IMG/VR virus record: IMGVR_UViG_3300028048_000042
DNA: 64,000 nt
Direction: 5' to 3' (one strand)
Origin: a virus
Lineage: Duplodnaviria; Caudoviricetes
Numbering within the stretch: the stretch's first letter is position 1; each line of letters starts with the position of its first letter. Position numbers and translations under genes: made by a program. This document shows positions 1 through 12,200 of this stretch, piece after piece. Below the pieces are notes generated by a model, which saw only the letters and a program-made list of their open reading frames with translations, was not told the DNA's origin and searched no databases.

Positions 1-900
1 ATTGTTTGTGTTCAGGCTAAGAATGATTCAGATTACGAAATGAAAGCGGCAATTGATAAGCTTACAAAAGATGTTGCAGGTGCGGAAAATGTCAACGCCA
101 TTGTTCCTCTTACAACTTCTCCAAGCGTAGGTGCATATTGTCAGACTCACGTTAATAGTATGTCTGCTGAAAGTGGTCGTCATGAACGTATGGTTTATCT
201 TTCTGCTTATGCAGGTCAGCCAATTAATAAAAATGCTACCGCTGCTGATAAGTCTCTTGGTATGAAACAGCAGGCAGAAGCATATTCTGATGAACGTGTT
301 GTTTATGTAGCTCCTGGTCGAGTTAAATATGATGTTAAGAATATTCAGACAGGTCGTATTAATACTCGTACACTTCCTGGTTGCTACTTGGCACTTGGTG
401 TTGCAACAGTAGCATTTACTCATGATGTAGCTGAACCACTTACTCGTAAGAAAATTGGTTGCGGTTTCACAGGTTTGGTTGATAGTTATCGTGAAATTGA
501 AAAGAATGCTTTGGCTGAATCAGGTTGCTGTGTAATTGAAGAAAAATCAAGCGGTTTGCGTGTTCGTCACGGTATTACTACTAAGGATGATGAAATTAAT
601 ACAACAGAAATTACACTCATTCAGATTAAGGACTATGTTATTGCGCAGGTTCGTAAAACTTGTGATGAAATGTATGTTGGTATTAAAAATCTTCCTTCTG
701 CGAAATCCAATATCAAATATACTATTAATAGTATTTTGAGTCAGTTCGTATCACAGGAAATTATTCTTGGTTACTCAGGCCCAACTGTTAAGGATAGTCC
801 TGATGACCCACGAGAAGTTCTTGTTAATTTCGAAATCGAAGCTGTTTACCCACTCAATTATATTACTATTAGCTTTGGCTTTAGTTCAACAGGTGCGTAA
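1..900 (+). CDS. Contractile tail sheath protein, C-terminal part (5' end outside window)
   Basis: Frame open from base 1. Sheath C-terminal signature (EPLTRKKI, LRVRHGITT, VNFEIEAVYPLNYITISF), directly upstream of tube genes. Confidence 0.85.
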   Translation: MVCVQAKNDSDYEMKAAIDKLTKDVAGAENVNAIVPLTTSPSVGAYCQTHVNSMSAESGRHERMVYLSAYAGQPINKNATAADKSLGMKQQAEAYSDERVVYVAPGRVKYDVKNIQTGRINTRTLPGCYLALGVATVAFTHDVAEPLTRKKIGCGFTGLVDSYREIEKNALAESGCCVIEEKSSGLRVRHGITTKDDEINTTEITLIQIKDYVIAQVRKTCDEMYVGIKNLPSAKSNIKYTINSILSQFVSQEIILGYSGPTVKDSPDDPREVLVNFEIEAVYPLNYITISFGFSSTGA

Positions 901-932
901 TAGTTAGTTAATTTTTTGAAAATATATTGTTG

Positions 933-962
933 TGGCAATTAGGTAAATTTACCTAATTGCCA
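933..962. repeat. Perfect 30-bp palindrome between sheath and tube 1
   Basis: TGGCAATTAGGTAAA|TTTACCTAATTGCCA; no loop, no U-tract. Confidence 0.9.
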
Positions 963-990
963 TGATGATAATAACAGGTAGGTGAATTCA

Positions 991-1623
991 ATGGCAATTG
1001 TAACAGGTACAAGCGCCGCTTATACTTCTGACACAAATAAATTTTTGCATACTCAACGTGCCACAGGTATGCCTGAAATTACCGATAATAGTTCTACGTT
1101 GCCTATTACAAGTACGAACATTGAGGTTTATTCTAATGGTATGAGACTTGGCTTTGTACAGTCATTCACTCCATCAGAACAGAGAACTATCAAGAAGGTA
1201 CAGGAATTAGGTACTGAAGGTGTAGTTCAGTCAGTTCCAGGTAATACTAATGGTGGTCAGATTGCTATTTCTCGTTTTGCAATCTTTAATGGCAACTTGT
1301 ATAATGCTTTAGGTTTGACCCCAACAGGTAAATTCGCTAAAACAGAAGACCAAGTTAATAATGATGCTACAACATATAGTGCAACAACTAATACACTTGG
1401 TAATCCTTTCAAAACATTGAAAGAACAGCGTGTACCACTTGAATTACAGGTAAAAATGCGTATGCCTGATATGGGTGCTAGTGCGTATTACATTGAAACA
1501 TATATTGATTGTTGGTTGTCACAGTACAGTAAATCAATCGTTACAAATGATATTACTGTTACTGAATCAGCAACAATTCAGTACAGTGATGTATATTCTT
1601 CATATACAAATGTAGAAGAATAA
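991..1623 (+). CDS. Tail tube protein 1
   Basis: Follows sheath; tube-like beta pattern (NIEVYSNG..GFVQSF..E.R..VQELG..YIDCWLSQYSKS). ATG 991 preferred over GTG 982 because AGGTG SD precedes it. Confidence 0.75.
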   Translation: MAIVTGTSAAYTSDTNKFLHTQRATGMPEITDNSSTLPITSTNIEVYSNGMRLGFVQSFTPSEQRTIKKVQELGTEGVVQSVPGNTNGGQIAISRFAIFNGNLYNALGLTPTGKFAKTEDQVNNDATTYSATTNTLGNPFKTLKEQRVPLELQVKMRMPDMGASAYYIETYIDCWLSQYSKSIVTNDITVTESATIQYSDVYSSYTNVEE

Positions 1624-1642
1624 GGAGAGGTGAATTAGACTT

Positions 1643-2317
1643 ATGGCTTATGATGCAACTAAACATTTTAATAACTTTGGTCAGAACACCTCTACAAATA
1701 CTCACCGTGCTACTCGAAATGATATTCGTGTAGCCAACAATACAATGAAACCAAATGACCCATACGATAACGTTGCGGCAACTACTTCCACAAACATTTT
1801 CGTAATGGCAAATGGTTGTACTGTTGGTATGATTCAGAGCTTTACTGTAAATGAATCTCGTCAGGTTCAAAAATTACAGGCTATTGGTTGGGAAGGTGTT
1901 GTTCAGGCTGTTCCTGCAAATACTGATGGCGGTACATTGAATATTACTCGTATTGCTCTTTATGAATCAAGTATTTGGAATGCTTTAGGTTTGACCACAA
2001 GTGGTGTTCCATTTAATGAATTGGGAACAAAAGTATATGATAATCCTGATGGTACAGATTCAGCAAATTGGGATAAAGCAACCCATGTAAATATGCCTGA
2101 TGGACATAAAACAAATACACGCTTGGTATTTAAAACTTTGAAAGACCAAAGAGTTCCTTTGGAAATTCAGGTTAAGACACGCCGTGAAGGTAGTAAAGAA
2201 GAATACTATATGGAAACTTACATTGATTGTTGGATTCAGAGTTATTCACGCTCGTATAGCGTTGGGAGTATAACTGTATCTGACCAGGTCACTGTATCTT
2301 ACGCGGATGTGTACTAA
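1643..2317 (+). CDS. Tail tube protein 2 (paralogue of tube 1)
   Basis: Shares TSTNI, EGVVQ.VP.NT.GG, NALGLT, FKTLK.QRVPLE.QVK and ETYIDCW with tube 1. Confidence 0.75.
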   Translation: MAYDATKHFNNFGQNTSTNTHRATRNDIRVANNTMKPNDPYDNVAATTSTNIFVMANGCTVGMIQSFTVNESRQVQKLQAIGWEGVVQAVPANTDGGTLNITRIALYESSIWNALGLTTSGVPFNELGTKVYDNPDGTDSANWDKATHVNMPDGHKTNTRLVFKTLKDQRVPLEIQVKTRREGSKEEYYMETYIDCWIQSYSRSYSVGSITVSDQVTVSYADVY

Positions 2318-2336
2318 ACAAAATAAAAATTATTTT

Positions 2337-2367
2337 AAGAACCCTTATAAAATAAGGGTTCTTTTTC
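2337..2367 (+). terminator. Rho-independent terminator
   Basis: AAGAACCCTTAT-aaa-ATAAGGGTTCTT followed by T run. Confidence 0.75.
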
Positions 2368-2468
2368 TATAATATAAATAGAAATAAGTTTAAAAAAGTT
2401 TAATGTAGTTATGTAAATTTTTTTGTGAAAGTTTGCTGTAGTTATGTGAAAAAGAAAGGAAAATAATA

Positions 2469-3653
2469 ATGGCTAAATTTGAAGACAAAACAGGAAAAAG
2501 ATATGGAAAATTGACAGTGATTAGTCGCGCAGAAAATGACAAATATGGACGAGCAAGGTGGCGTTGTAAATGTGACTGTGGAAATGAAATCGTTGTGGAT
2601 GCAGGACATTTAAATCAGGGAAATACAAAATCTTGTGGCTGTCAGAATAAATTTTATACAAATAATCCACAAAGAACACATGGAATGACGCATACACCTG
2701 AATATACTGCTTGGTGCGACATGAAAACTCGTTGTTATAACCCTAATAGTAATCGCTATGAGCAATATGGTGGACGAGGAATTAAAGTTTGTGACCGATG
2801 GAAGAATTCGTTTGAAAACTTCTTTGAAGATATGGGTGCAAGACCATCAAATAAATATTCTCTTGATAGAATTGATGTAGATGGAAATTATGAACCGAAT
2901 AATTGTCGTTGGGCTACTGAACAACAACAAGCAAATAATAAAACAACAAATCGTTTTTTGACATATAATAATGAAAAACATACTATTTCTGAATGGGCAA
3001 GAATTATTGGTATTAGTCCCAATTTAATGCAAGAAAGAATTTCAAGTGGTTGGACAGTAGAAAAATGTATCACTTATGGCAAGTCCAAGAATAACGTTTT
3101 AAAAGCAAGAAAATCAAGAAGAAAAACTGAATTAGTAATCCATACTTATGATGATTTTAAGGATGAAATTATTGATATATCTGAATTAAATAGTCGTAGT
3201 AAAAATCTTATTGGAGAACGATTTGGTAAATTGACTGTAGTTGCATTAACTAAACCAATTTTTTCAGGAAAACAGAAGAAATTGTGTTGGCTGTGTAAAT
3301 GTGATTGTGGAAATTATCATATTGCTCGTGGCGATAGTTTAAAAAACGGACACAATACGTCTTGTGGATGCGGTAGTGGTCGAGCAGAAAAATATAAAAC
3401 ACATGGATTTTCTCAAAGACCTGAATATAGAGTATGGACAAATATAAAACAATGGTGTAACAATCCAAATCACAAAAGGTATTATCAATATGGCGGCGCA
3501 GGTGTTAAGGTTTGTGAAGAGTGGGAAAATTCATTTGAACAATTCTTGAAAGACGTTGGCGAAAAACCATTGCCATATAGTGAATATAAGTTAAGCAGAC
3601 ATGATTTGGATGGAGATTTTAACAAAGATAATTGTTATTGGACAAGAAGGTAA
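2469..3653 (+). CDS. HNH-type homing endonuclease with two tandem modules
   Basis: Two copies of GKLTV..CKCDCG..SCGC..YGG.G.KVC..W.NSFE.F. First copy ends LDRIDVDGNYEPNNCRWAT..QQANN; second stops at NCYWTRR. Confidence 0.8.
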   Translation: MAKFEDKTGKRYGKLTVISRAENDKYGRARWRCKCDCGNEIVVDAGHLNQGNTKSCGCQNKFYTNNPQRTHGMTHTPEYTAWCDMKTRCYNPNSNRYEQYGGRGIKVCDRWKNSFENFFEDMGARPSNKYSLDRIDVDGNYEPNNCRWATEQQQANNKTTNRFLTYNNEKHTISEWARIIGISPNLMQERISSGWTVEKCITYGKSKNNVLKARKSRRKTELVIHTYDDFKDEIIDISELNSRSKNLIGERFGKLTVVALTKPIFSGKQKKLCWLCKCDCGNYHIARGDSLKNGHNTSCGCGSGRAEKYKTHGFSQRPEYRVWTNIKQWCNNPNHKRYYQYGGAGVKVCEEWENSFEQFLKDVGEKPLPYSEYKLSRHDLDGDFNKDNCYWTRR

Positions 3654-3665
3654 AGGAAGGTATAA

Positions 3666-4769
3666 ATGAAATCAGTTTTAAGACAATATATTAACAATAA
3701 GGAAATTAATATTCCTGCAAAAGATTGGGCAGATATAAAAGAGGATTATAGTAAAGAAGATATTGTAAATGCTTTGGCTAATCTAATTGCTAATGAAGAA
3801 ATTCAAATGCCTATGGCAAAAATCACATTAGAAGAAGCAATTGAAGCAGAAAAAGAATTGGCAGAATTAGAAACGTCAATTAAATACGGTACGTTTTATA
3901 CTAGATATGAAGATTCTAAAATTCTTTCACAGAGTTATTTTGATGAATCAAGTAAATATAATGCAGCTTCGAATTTCTTTCATCAATATAATCGTTTTTT
4001 GTGTGATAGTGTCAATTCACCTTCTCCATATAGAGTTTTTCATAATGAAAAATTTGCTAAATCTATGTGCAATGCATTATTTTCTTTAAAATGTAAAACT
4101 GTGGATATGCAGACTTTGTATTCTTGTCTTGCTTTAAGAAAATATGTGGCAAATCAATTCAAACCATCTATAGCAAAGGCAGTTTATGATTATTTTAATG
4201 CTGAGAATGTCGTAGATTTGTGTGCAGGTTGGGGAGATAGATTGGCAGGCTTTTATGCAGGCAAAACAACCAAGACATACTTTGGTATAGATGCTAATCA
4301 GAATTTGCAAGAAGGGTATTCGCAACAGATTAAACATTACTCTCAATTATTTCCTAGTAAGAAAGCTCAAATTATTTATGGGGCAACAGAAGATGAAGAT
4401 ATTGTGTTGCCAAAATGCGATTTCATTTTTACATCACCCCCTTATTTTGGAATTGAAAAATATTCTAAAGATGAAACACAAAGCTATTTGAGATATAGAA
4501 AATTTAATGCATGGCTTGAAAATTTTTTATTTGTATTGATTGAAAAATCGAAAGATGCTTTGACGGATGGTGGACATTTGGTGTTGAATGCATCAGATGT
4601 GTATATGAATCATCAGATAAATGAAATTTGTCATCCTATGATGGAATTTGCACAAAAGATTGGTTTGCATTTAGTAGATGTTTTTGGAATGAGAATGGCA
4701 AAAAGAGTGAATAGCAAATCTAGTAGAAATGGTGTATTTTGCGAACCGCTATATGTATTTGAAAAATAA
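3666..4769 (+). CDS. Amino (N4-C/N6-A) DNA methyltransferase
   Basis: SAM-binding VVDLCAGWGDRL, GIDAN, and catalytic FTSPPYF motifs. Confidence 0.85.
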   Translation: MKSVLRQYINNKEINIPAKDWADIKEDYSKEDIVNALANLIANEEIQMPMAKITLEEAIEAEKELAELETSIKYGTFYTRYEDSKILSQSYFDESSKYNAASNFFHQYNRFLCDSVNSPSPYRVFHNEKFAKSMCNALFSLKCKTVDMQTLYSCLALRKYVANQFKPSIAKAVYDYFNAENVVDLCAGWGDRLAGFYAGKTTKTYFGIDANQNLQEGYSQQIKHYSQLFPSKKAQIIYGATEDEDIVLPKCDFIFTSPPYFGIEKYSKDETQSYLRYRKFNAWLENFLFVLIEKSKDALTDGGHLVLNASDVYMNHQINEICHPMMEFAQKIGLHLVDVFGMRMAKRVNSKSSRNGVFCEPLYVFEK

Positions 4770-4771
4770 TA

Positions 4772-4800
4772 AAAAGGAGCACAACGAATGTGCTCCTTTT
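4772..4800. terminator. Bidirectional terminator between convergent genes
   Basis: AAAAGGAGCACA-acgaa-TGTGCTCCTTTT. Confidence 0.8.
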
Positions 4801-4886
4801 ATATTGCAAAAAAATAAAAATTTTGATAAATTTTGGCAAATTTTTAGAAATTTTATATAAAATTTGTGATTTTTTTTGAAAAATTT

Positions 4887-5177
4887 TTAAATTACTTGAA
4901 AATATCCATTGTCTGTAATTTCGAATGGCTTACTCCAATCACACGGTGGCATGGCATTTTCATCAATAATTTCCCAACGCAAACGATATGCAGGTGCAAA
5001 TCCATCTTCATCTAATTCGTCACCTAATTTAACTGCAATGCCTTGATAATATTCTTTCATATTGTGACCTTTATAAATAGAATCATAATATGGAATGCTA
5101 TTGACAAGAATATATTCTCCATCAGGAAGTTTGATACTACCATAGTCTTCTTTAAGCATATTGTATTCTAAAATCAT
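4887..5177 (-). CDS. Hypothetical protein (only credible minus-strand gene)
   Basis: Fills an intergenic gap; strong SD GGGAGGTGG upstream on the minus strand; natural composition with W..CDW..P motif. Confidence 0.7.
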   Translation of the reverse strand: MILEYNMLKEDYGSIKLPDGEYILVNSIPYYDSIYKGHNMKEYYQGIAVKLGDELDEDGFAPAYRLRWEIIDENAMPPCDWSKPFEITDNGYFQVI

Positions 5178-5280
5178 TTAATTTCCACCTCCCTAAGAAA
5201 ATAATAATCAGAAAGTGATTGAATTATGCGAAAATCGTATTAGTTTTTTGAGACTAACTTTAAAGAAATGAGGTACAAAT

Positions 5281-6246
5281 ATGGCTGAGAAGAAAGATGC
5301 TAATGAAAAAAAGAATGACGAGTCTGTAAGAAAAATTATTAAGGACTTGATTTTTGAAGGGCAAAGTGTCCAAACAATTGAATATAAAAATAAAAAATGG
5401 ACATTTAAGACTTTGACCCCAAAAGAAATGAATAAAACATTGGCAATTTCTAATATCAATAAAGATTATGAAGCATATTCACTTACATATAAATTGGAAA
5501 TTCTTAAATCAGCTATCGTTGCCATAAATGATATAGAAGTTAGTAACGAAGCAAAGGAAATGTTTGATAATTTGCCAATAAAAATTATTGATGAATTATA
5601 TGATGAATATTTAAAAATAAGTAGAGTTCTTGTATGCACACAGGATGACTTTGAGGTTATTCGCGATATTTCTAAAAATGATGATACAGCAATTTTGAAA
5701 TTTACTGTTATGAAGGAATTCGGTGCTTTGCCGACAGAACAGCGTGTTAAGGATTTAAATGAACATCAATGGGTTTGGTTATATAACAGTATTATTCATG
5801 AAAGAAATGAACGTGCAAAAGACCGTATAGATGAACTTGATTATTTGGCGTTCTTTGTTAATCCTGAGTTACATAACAAAGTTAAAGAAGCAAAGAAAAA
5901 CAAAGGCGAGAAAAAAGGCTTATTTAGCAAAAGTGGTGTGGAAATGGTAGAAGAACATGATGAAGAAAATCCATACAACCCAAATGTTGTAACTCATTAT
6001 GGCAATACTACTGTTGATGATGATTTCGAAGCTAAATTGAAATTGTTTGTTAATGAAAACGAAGCTACAACTGAACTTGATTCTGATACTCAGAAGGGTG
6101 ATTCTAGCGAATCTCAGGAAGACTTTATCACAAGAGCATTGCGAATGCAGAAAGTTGTTGAACAAGAGAATTTGAAAAAGTTGGAAAAAGATGCTGAAGA
6201 AGCAGGCGTAAATCCTGAGGATTTGGATGGATTTGAAATTAATTAA
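5281..6246 (+). CDS. Tail assembly chaperone (long form, G+T-like domains in one ORF)
   Basis: Lies between tubes and tape measure. N-half similar to 18276..18713; C-half LPTEQRVKDLNEHQWVWLY then an acidic tail. Confidence 0.6.
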   Translation: MAEKKDANEKKNDESVRKIIKDLIFEGQSVQTIEYKNKKWTFKTLTPKEMNKTLAISNINKDYEAYSLTYKLEILKSAIVAINDIEVSNEAKEMFDNLPIKIIDELYDEYLKISRVLVCTQDDFEVIRDISKNDDTAILKFTVMKEFGALPTEQRVKDLNEHQWVWLYNSIIHERNERAKDRIDELDYLAFFVNPELHNKVKEAKKNKGEKKGLFSKSGVEMVEEHDEENPYNPNVVTHYGNTTVDDDFEAKLKLFVNENEATTELDSDTQKGDSSESQEDFITRALRMQKVVEQENLKKLEKDAEEAGVNPEDLDGFEIN

Positions 6247-6264
6247 GGAAGGAGGTTCTTTGTT

Positions 6265-9200
6265 TTGGATAGTGTATTTGATATATACAGTGATAAAAAT
6301 AAAAAAGCTAGTGGCGATGGTAATACATCTGTGGGTAAAATTGAAAATGAAACAGCAACAAAATTAATTGCTACCCAAATTGATAAAATGTCAGAAACTT
6401 TAGAGAATGCAAACAATCAATTTGGACAATTAAAAACTGTGTTTAACGATAACCAATTGCTACCTGCAATGAATCATGTTCAGTCAATGGTTAAAGACTT
6501 GAATGAAGTTAAAACGTTGTTGTCTAATAATTCTGCTACAAGTAATGACCTAAGTCAATATTTTAGTAATGCTTCACAAGATTGTGTTAAAATGGAGCAG
6601 ATGTTTACTAACTTGTCTAAAAGTTCTGAAAACATTTCAAAAATGGCGAATGATAAGTTGGCAGCTTCCGTTTCAACTACTTCTCAAGATGTGGCTCGAC
6701 AAGCACAGGAATTAAAGAATAATCTGAGTCAGATAATGCAAATTCTTGGGCAGGTTCAGAATGCTGTAACAGAAACAACACAAGCAACACAAGGTGCTAC
6801 ACAGGATTTAAATACAGTAAATTCGCAAATTGGACAAACCTTAGAACAGCAAAAAAATAGTGCTACGATAAATCAGACAATAGCACAAAACTTAGGCAAA
6901 ATTTCTGAAAATACTCGTCAGCAATTTGATAGTGTAATGAAAGATTTGTCTGAACGTGCAGGCAACTATGAAAAACTAAATCTTGCTTTTGGAAATATGA
7001 TTTCTGATGCAAATCAAATTGCCAATGCTGAATTAGTAACTGAGCTGGAAAATTTACAACAGCAATTATCGAATGATGATAAAGACGGTTCTCAGCAATC
7101 CATTGCAAATGTTTCAAGAATTGTGGAACAAGGCAATCAGAGGATGGAACAGGTCGCAAAATATCATGAAGAAACGAAAGCGAATAGCGTTGCAAATTAT
7201 AGAAAGTTAATAGAAAACATTAAAGCAACAGAACAAAGTATAACCTCTATATTGCAGCAAAAGGAAGATGTTCTTGGTGTTAAAAACGCAGATGGATTTA
7301 AATCTGAAATTGAGTCGTTAAGAAATTTGAGAGAAGAAGTTTCAAATCAAGCAAAAACTCAAATTAACACAATTATGGAACAACAGAAAAAAGCAATTTC
7401 TGAAGCCATCAATATACAACATCAAAATCAAAATGGTGCTGTGGATAAAAATAGTTCTACATATGATTTGGTTACTTCTCAAATTATGAACGGTCAAATT
7501 CAAGGAATCAATTATGATAGATTGGTTCATGGCGTTGACGATGCTTTAATGGGATTGGAACAAAGTCGTGGTAAAAATTCTCCTTGGTATCAGTACGTAA
7601 CTACAGGTAATTTGCTTGGTAATAAAACTGAGTTAGCAAGTAATTTGCGAAATGTTCAGAGATATGGATATGCAGCACAGCAATCACAAGATGGTCTGCT
7701 AAAAGCTTTAACAGATGACCATTTGACAAATGCTCAAAAAGCACAATCTATTGGACAATTACAAGGTGCTTATAGTCCATTAATAGAGAGTATTAAGAAA
7801 ACTGCTAATGGAATGAATTTCTCCACAGGCGGTGGAAAAGGATTAACTGAACAAGATAAAAAAGTCCTCGATGGTTTTAAGGTACAAGTTGAATCTGCGT
7901 TAGATAATCTTACAAAATCTATAAATGCGATTGAAGCACATGACCCTAATGATGCTACATTGAAACAATTGCGTGAAGAACAAAAAGTTTTGCAAGATAT
8001 TAAAGATAAAGCAGATAAAGCTTCGGAATCTTCAAGTGCATTATCGAATATTTTTAGTACCATGTGGAGTGGATTGAAAAAATTCAAAAATATTCTTGCA
8101 AGTGGTTTGTCATTGCTTGGTCTTGGAGGATTGCTAAATCCTCTCACTCAACTTAAAGCAGGTATTGAACAGGAAGAAGCACAAGGAAAACGCCGTTATC
8201 GTGCAGCAAAATTAGACTTCTATATGGGTACAGGATTAAATGGTGCTCGTATGATTGATTCTGCTGATACGCAAGCTAATTATTATTGGCGTATTACAAA
8301 CGGTATGATTTCTGAGGATGAATTCTTAGATTATAATAGTGCTTTGGCACATGGTGTTGGCGGTCATTATGGTGAAAGTCAGGAAAAGGCTGCAAGCGAT
8401 ATGCACAATATCGCAAAACAGACAATGGCTTTTATTAAGACCAAAGATATTTCTACAAATTCCGCTGCAGATTTTTATAAAAATTTCTATAAAGATGCAG
8501 GTATGTCTGCGGAAGCAGCAAGTGCAGCTTTGGTAAGTGTTGCTCAAACAGCCACCACAGCAAATGTTCCTGTTGAAAAATATGTAAATATGGTTTCTCA
8601 AATGGCAGCATCGTTACGTAACCAAGGTATTAGTGCAGAACAGGTTCAAGGTTCAATGAATGCATTAGTACGTAAAGGATTACGCCCTGAAGATGCACAA
8701 AGTATGGTTGGTAGTTTTGCAAATGCCAATCAAAATATGGCAAAAGATATGAACGCTAGTGCTTTTTGGGGAATGATGGCAGGACAAGGTGGCGACCCAT
8801 TTTCATTAATTGCGGCTGGTTATAAGAGTCATAATGCTGATGGTTCTGTAAATAAACAATGGGCGAACATGATGGGGCAACGTGTGTTTGCTGAAATGGG
8901 ATTCATGGCAACTATCGGTGGAATGGACAACCCATTGGGTCAAAGTATGGCTATTGACGTTTTGACTAATAGAGGATATGGTCGTAAAGATGCAAGTATG
9001 ATTGTTGACGCATTAGAAAAAGGTGATAATGACCTTGTTGCTGATTTGTTCCAAAAAGCAGAAGACCACAAAGACGGTGGTAAAGCTATGCTTGCTGAAG
9101 CTGCTGATGAAGCTGTTGCACAATTAAAACAAGCAGGAAACCAAGTATCTGTGTTCCAAAAAATATCAACTGATATGGTTGAAATGCAGAAACAAATTGG

Positions 9201-12200
9201 TAATGCTATAAGAGATTATTTATCAGAGCCTTTGAAAAAATTTAGAGAAGGTTTTGGTGAAGTCCTTAAAACAATTGTTGATTGGTCTAAAAAATTAATT
9301 GATGCAGTAACAGGTTTGCTAGATGGTAATAGTACAGCAGGTCAAGCGTTATCATGGATGGGTGATAATCCTGGCAAAACCTTTTTAGGTGCTGTAGGAA
9401 CAGGTGCTGTATTATTTGCAGGAGCTAGGGGTCTTAAATCTTTAGGCTCAAAAGCTGTTAATAAAATTGCAGGTGGTGCTACAGGTTCAGTTATATCAAA
9501 AGCAGGTAAACTTGCTCGTGGCGGTTCTATGGGACTCGGTATGCTTGGGGCAGGTCTTGCATTAGGTGTAGGCGGTGTTGCATTAACACAACTTGTTAAG
9601 ATGTTCAGCGATGGAACAGCTACGGTTACTGCTAAAGAACAAGGTACAGCCGCGAAAAATGCAATGGATAACATAATTACAACTTATAATGCTGATAGTG
9701 TTCCTGAATATTCAAGTCCTGATTTACCAAATGATATTGTTAATGATGGTTTTGAATCACCAAATCATTTTATGGATGTTATTAATGGAGACTTTAGAGA
9801 TAAGGGTCTACAAGATGAAATTAATGACTATCAAGAAAAAGACCCATATGAATGGAGTGAGGGAACAAAAACATTAGCTGACAATGCTTTGGATATAGGT
9901 ATGGGCGTTGCCGCGGCGGCAGGATATGCAGGAAGTGCTATGTTTACACGCAATGGTAAAGCAAAATGGTTGCGTAATAAACGAACAATAAATCAAAATC
10001 TTAAAAATTTAAAAGAAGGTGTAAGAGATTTAAGATATGATGGTATTTCATTAGGCACAAGACTTTTCGCAGGTAGTTCTTATGGTAAATCACTTTGGGG
10101 CAATATGGCAAAATCCATGAAGGGATTAAAAGGCACAGGTGCTTTAGGTGCGGCTCTTACTGTTGGTGGTGATGTTTTCAGTGAATATCAGGATGCAAAA
10201 GATAATCCTGATAGATTTACCAATGGACAACGAGCAGGCCGTGTAGCATTTAAATCAGGTGGCGCACTTGTTGGAGGTGCAGTTGGTGGATTTTTAGGCT
10301 CTGCATTAGGGCCTTTAGGCACGATGGGTGGTGCTTGGGCAGGCTCAATGGTTGGCGGTTGGGCAGGCGAAAAATTAATGAATTCCCAAGTTGGTGCCGC
10401 ATTTGGTCTTGCTGATTGGCAAGGTAATGCTCGTCAAAATGAGAAAAAAGTCAAAGATTATGAAAATTCTGTTCGTCAATCAGAAGAATTATATGGTGAT
10501 GCTTCTAAGAGTATCTTGAATTCTAATAATGAAAACCATAAAGCTGTTGGAAAAGCATTAGGCGACCACGGTATAAAGGTTGAAGATGTTACTCGTGAAG
10601 AAGAACAATATATGAATGATTTGTTTAATGAATTAAAATCTAAAGGCTTTAATGAACAGTTGGCAGCATATTTAGCAGCATCGCAAATAACTGTTTATAA
10701 AGAGCAAGCAGAATTTGCGAATAAAAATGATGTTAGTTCTTTAGCTGATAGCTTGAAAAAAATTGGTCGAAATGCTTTGGATGGTGTGTCAGGAGAATCA
10801 GAAGAACAAAAACTTGCAGAACATGAATTAATGGCAAGTGCGCTATTATCAGGTACATTTTATGGCGATAGTGATATTGATACAAAAGCAGATGCTGCTG
10901 ATGCCTTTTTAAGTGCTATTAAAAATCATATTGTTCCTAACGATGAATACTTAAAAAATTGGGTAGCTGTTTATGACGAAGCAGGTATTGAGAATAGTTG
11001 GTCAAAGTATACAGAAGATGGAGAAGAGGCAGAAAAAATAAAAAAATTATACAGAGAATACGCTAAAAAATTTAGAGGTGATGATTGGTTTGATAATGAG
11101 GATAAATTAAAGATGGCAAAATGGGCTGCAATGACGGATTATGCAAGAGACAATCAAGAGTCAGGTGTAGCAAAAGATATAGCTAATGATTGGGCATATT
11201 TTGCTTCACAAAAGTATAAAAAAGAAGTTAATGACCAAACCGCAGCAATCCTTCGAGAGAAGGATGGTACACCAAAGGAAAAGGCAAATCAAATTTATAA
11301 AAATCCATATACTTTAGCTCCAAAAATCAATCCTGCAAGAACAGGTTTGCGAGAAAAATTCAGAAAAACTGTTCGTGAACAATTAGGAAAAACATATGTT
11401 GAGGGGAAAAATGGCCCTGAAGAATTTGACGATAGTGGGTTGATGGAATATGGTGGCAAACAAGCAGGTTTGACATATTTTGGTAGGCAAGCCAACAATC
11501 AATACGATTTTTTCAAAGGAAAGAATGCTTTAAAAAAATCTATAAATGAATTGACCGCAGGCGATTTGATGTTCTTCAAAGGAGATAACGGCGAAATTAA
11601 CCATGTTGGTATGTATGATGGGAATGGTAAAATCGTTCAAGCTTCACAAGGAGAAGGAAAAGTTGTTGAGGGTAATATAAATGATATTTGGTTTCGTGAC
11701 CACTTTGCAGCTGGTGGTGACTTGTCTGCTGTAGGTGCTGAAGCAGGTGCTCCTGAAAGTGGTGACGGCAGTGGTGGTGAACAAAAAACCGTTGCTGAAG
11801 TTTTGGGTGCAAGAGAAAGTCTTTATGACGCACAAATGAAACAAATTGGTGAATTTGCAGGTATGAAAGACAAAGAATTGCTAAATGATAAGATTGCGAC
11901 AGGTCAATACATTTTGGATGGCGTTAGTGCTTTATCTGCAAATGGCAATTATATGTCTATTAGAGGTGTTCGAGATTCTTTCCGTTTAAATTCAGGTGTG
12001 AAAGATAAAGACTTGTTTGGTGTTGGTCTAAAAGGTGCTTTCTCAGGTGATGGCAAAATGCTTTCTGATGCAGGCGTTCTTGAAATGGACGAGAGATTAT
12101 CAAAACAGGCAGGTGAAAAAGACAAGCACACTTATCATTTGAAAGGATATGAAGAAGCAGAAAAGTATTCTTCTGAAATGGATAAGATTGCAGAAGAAAT

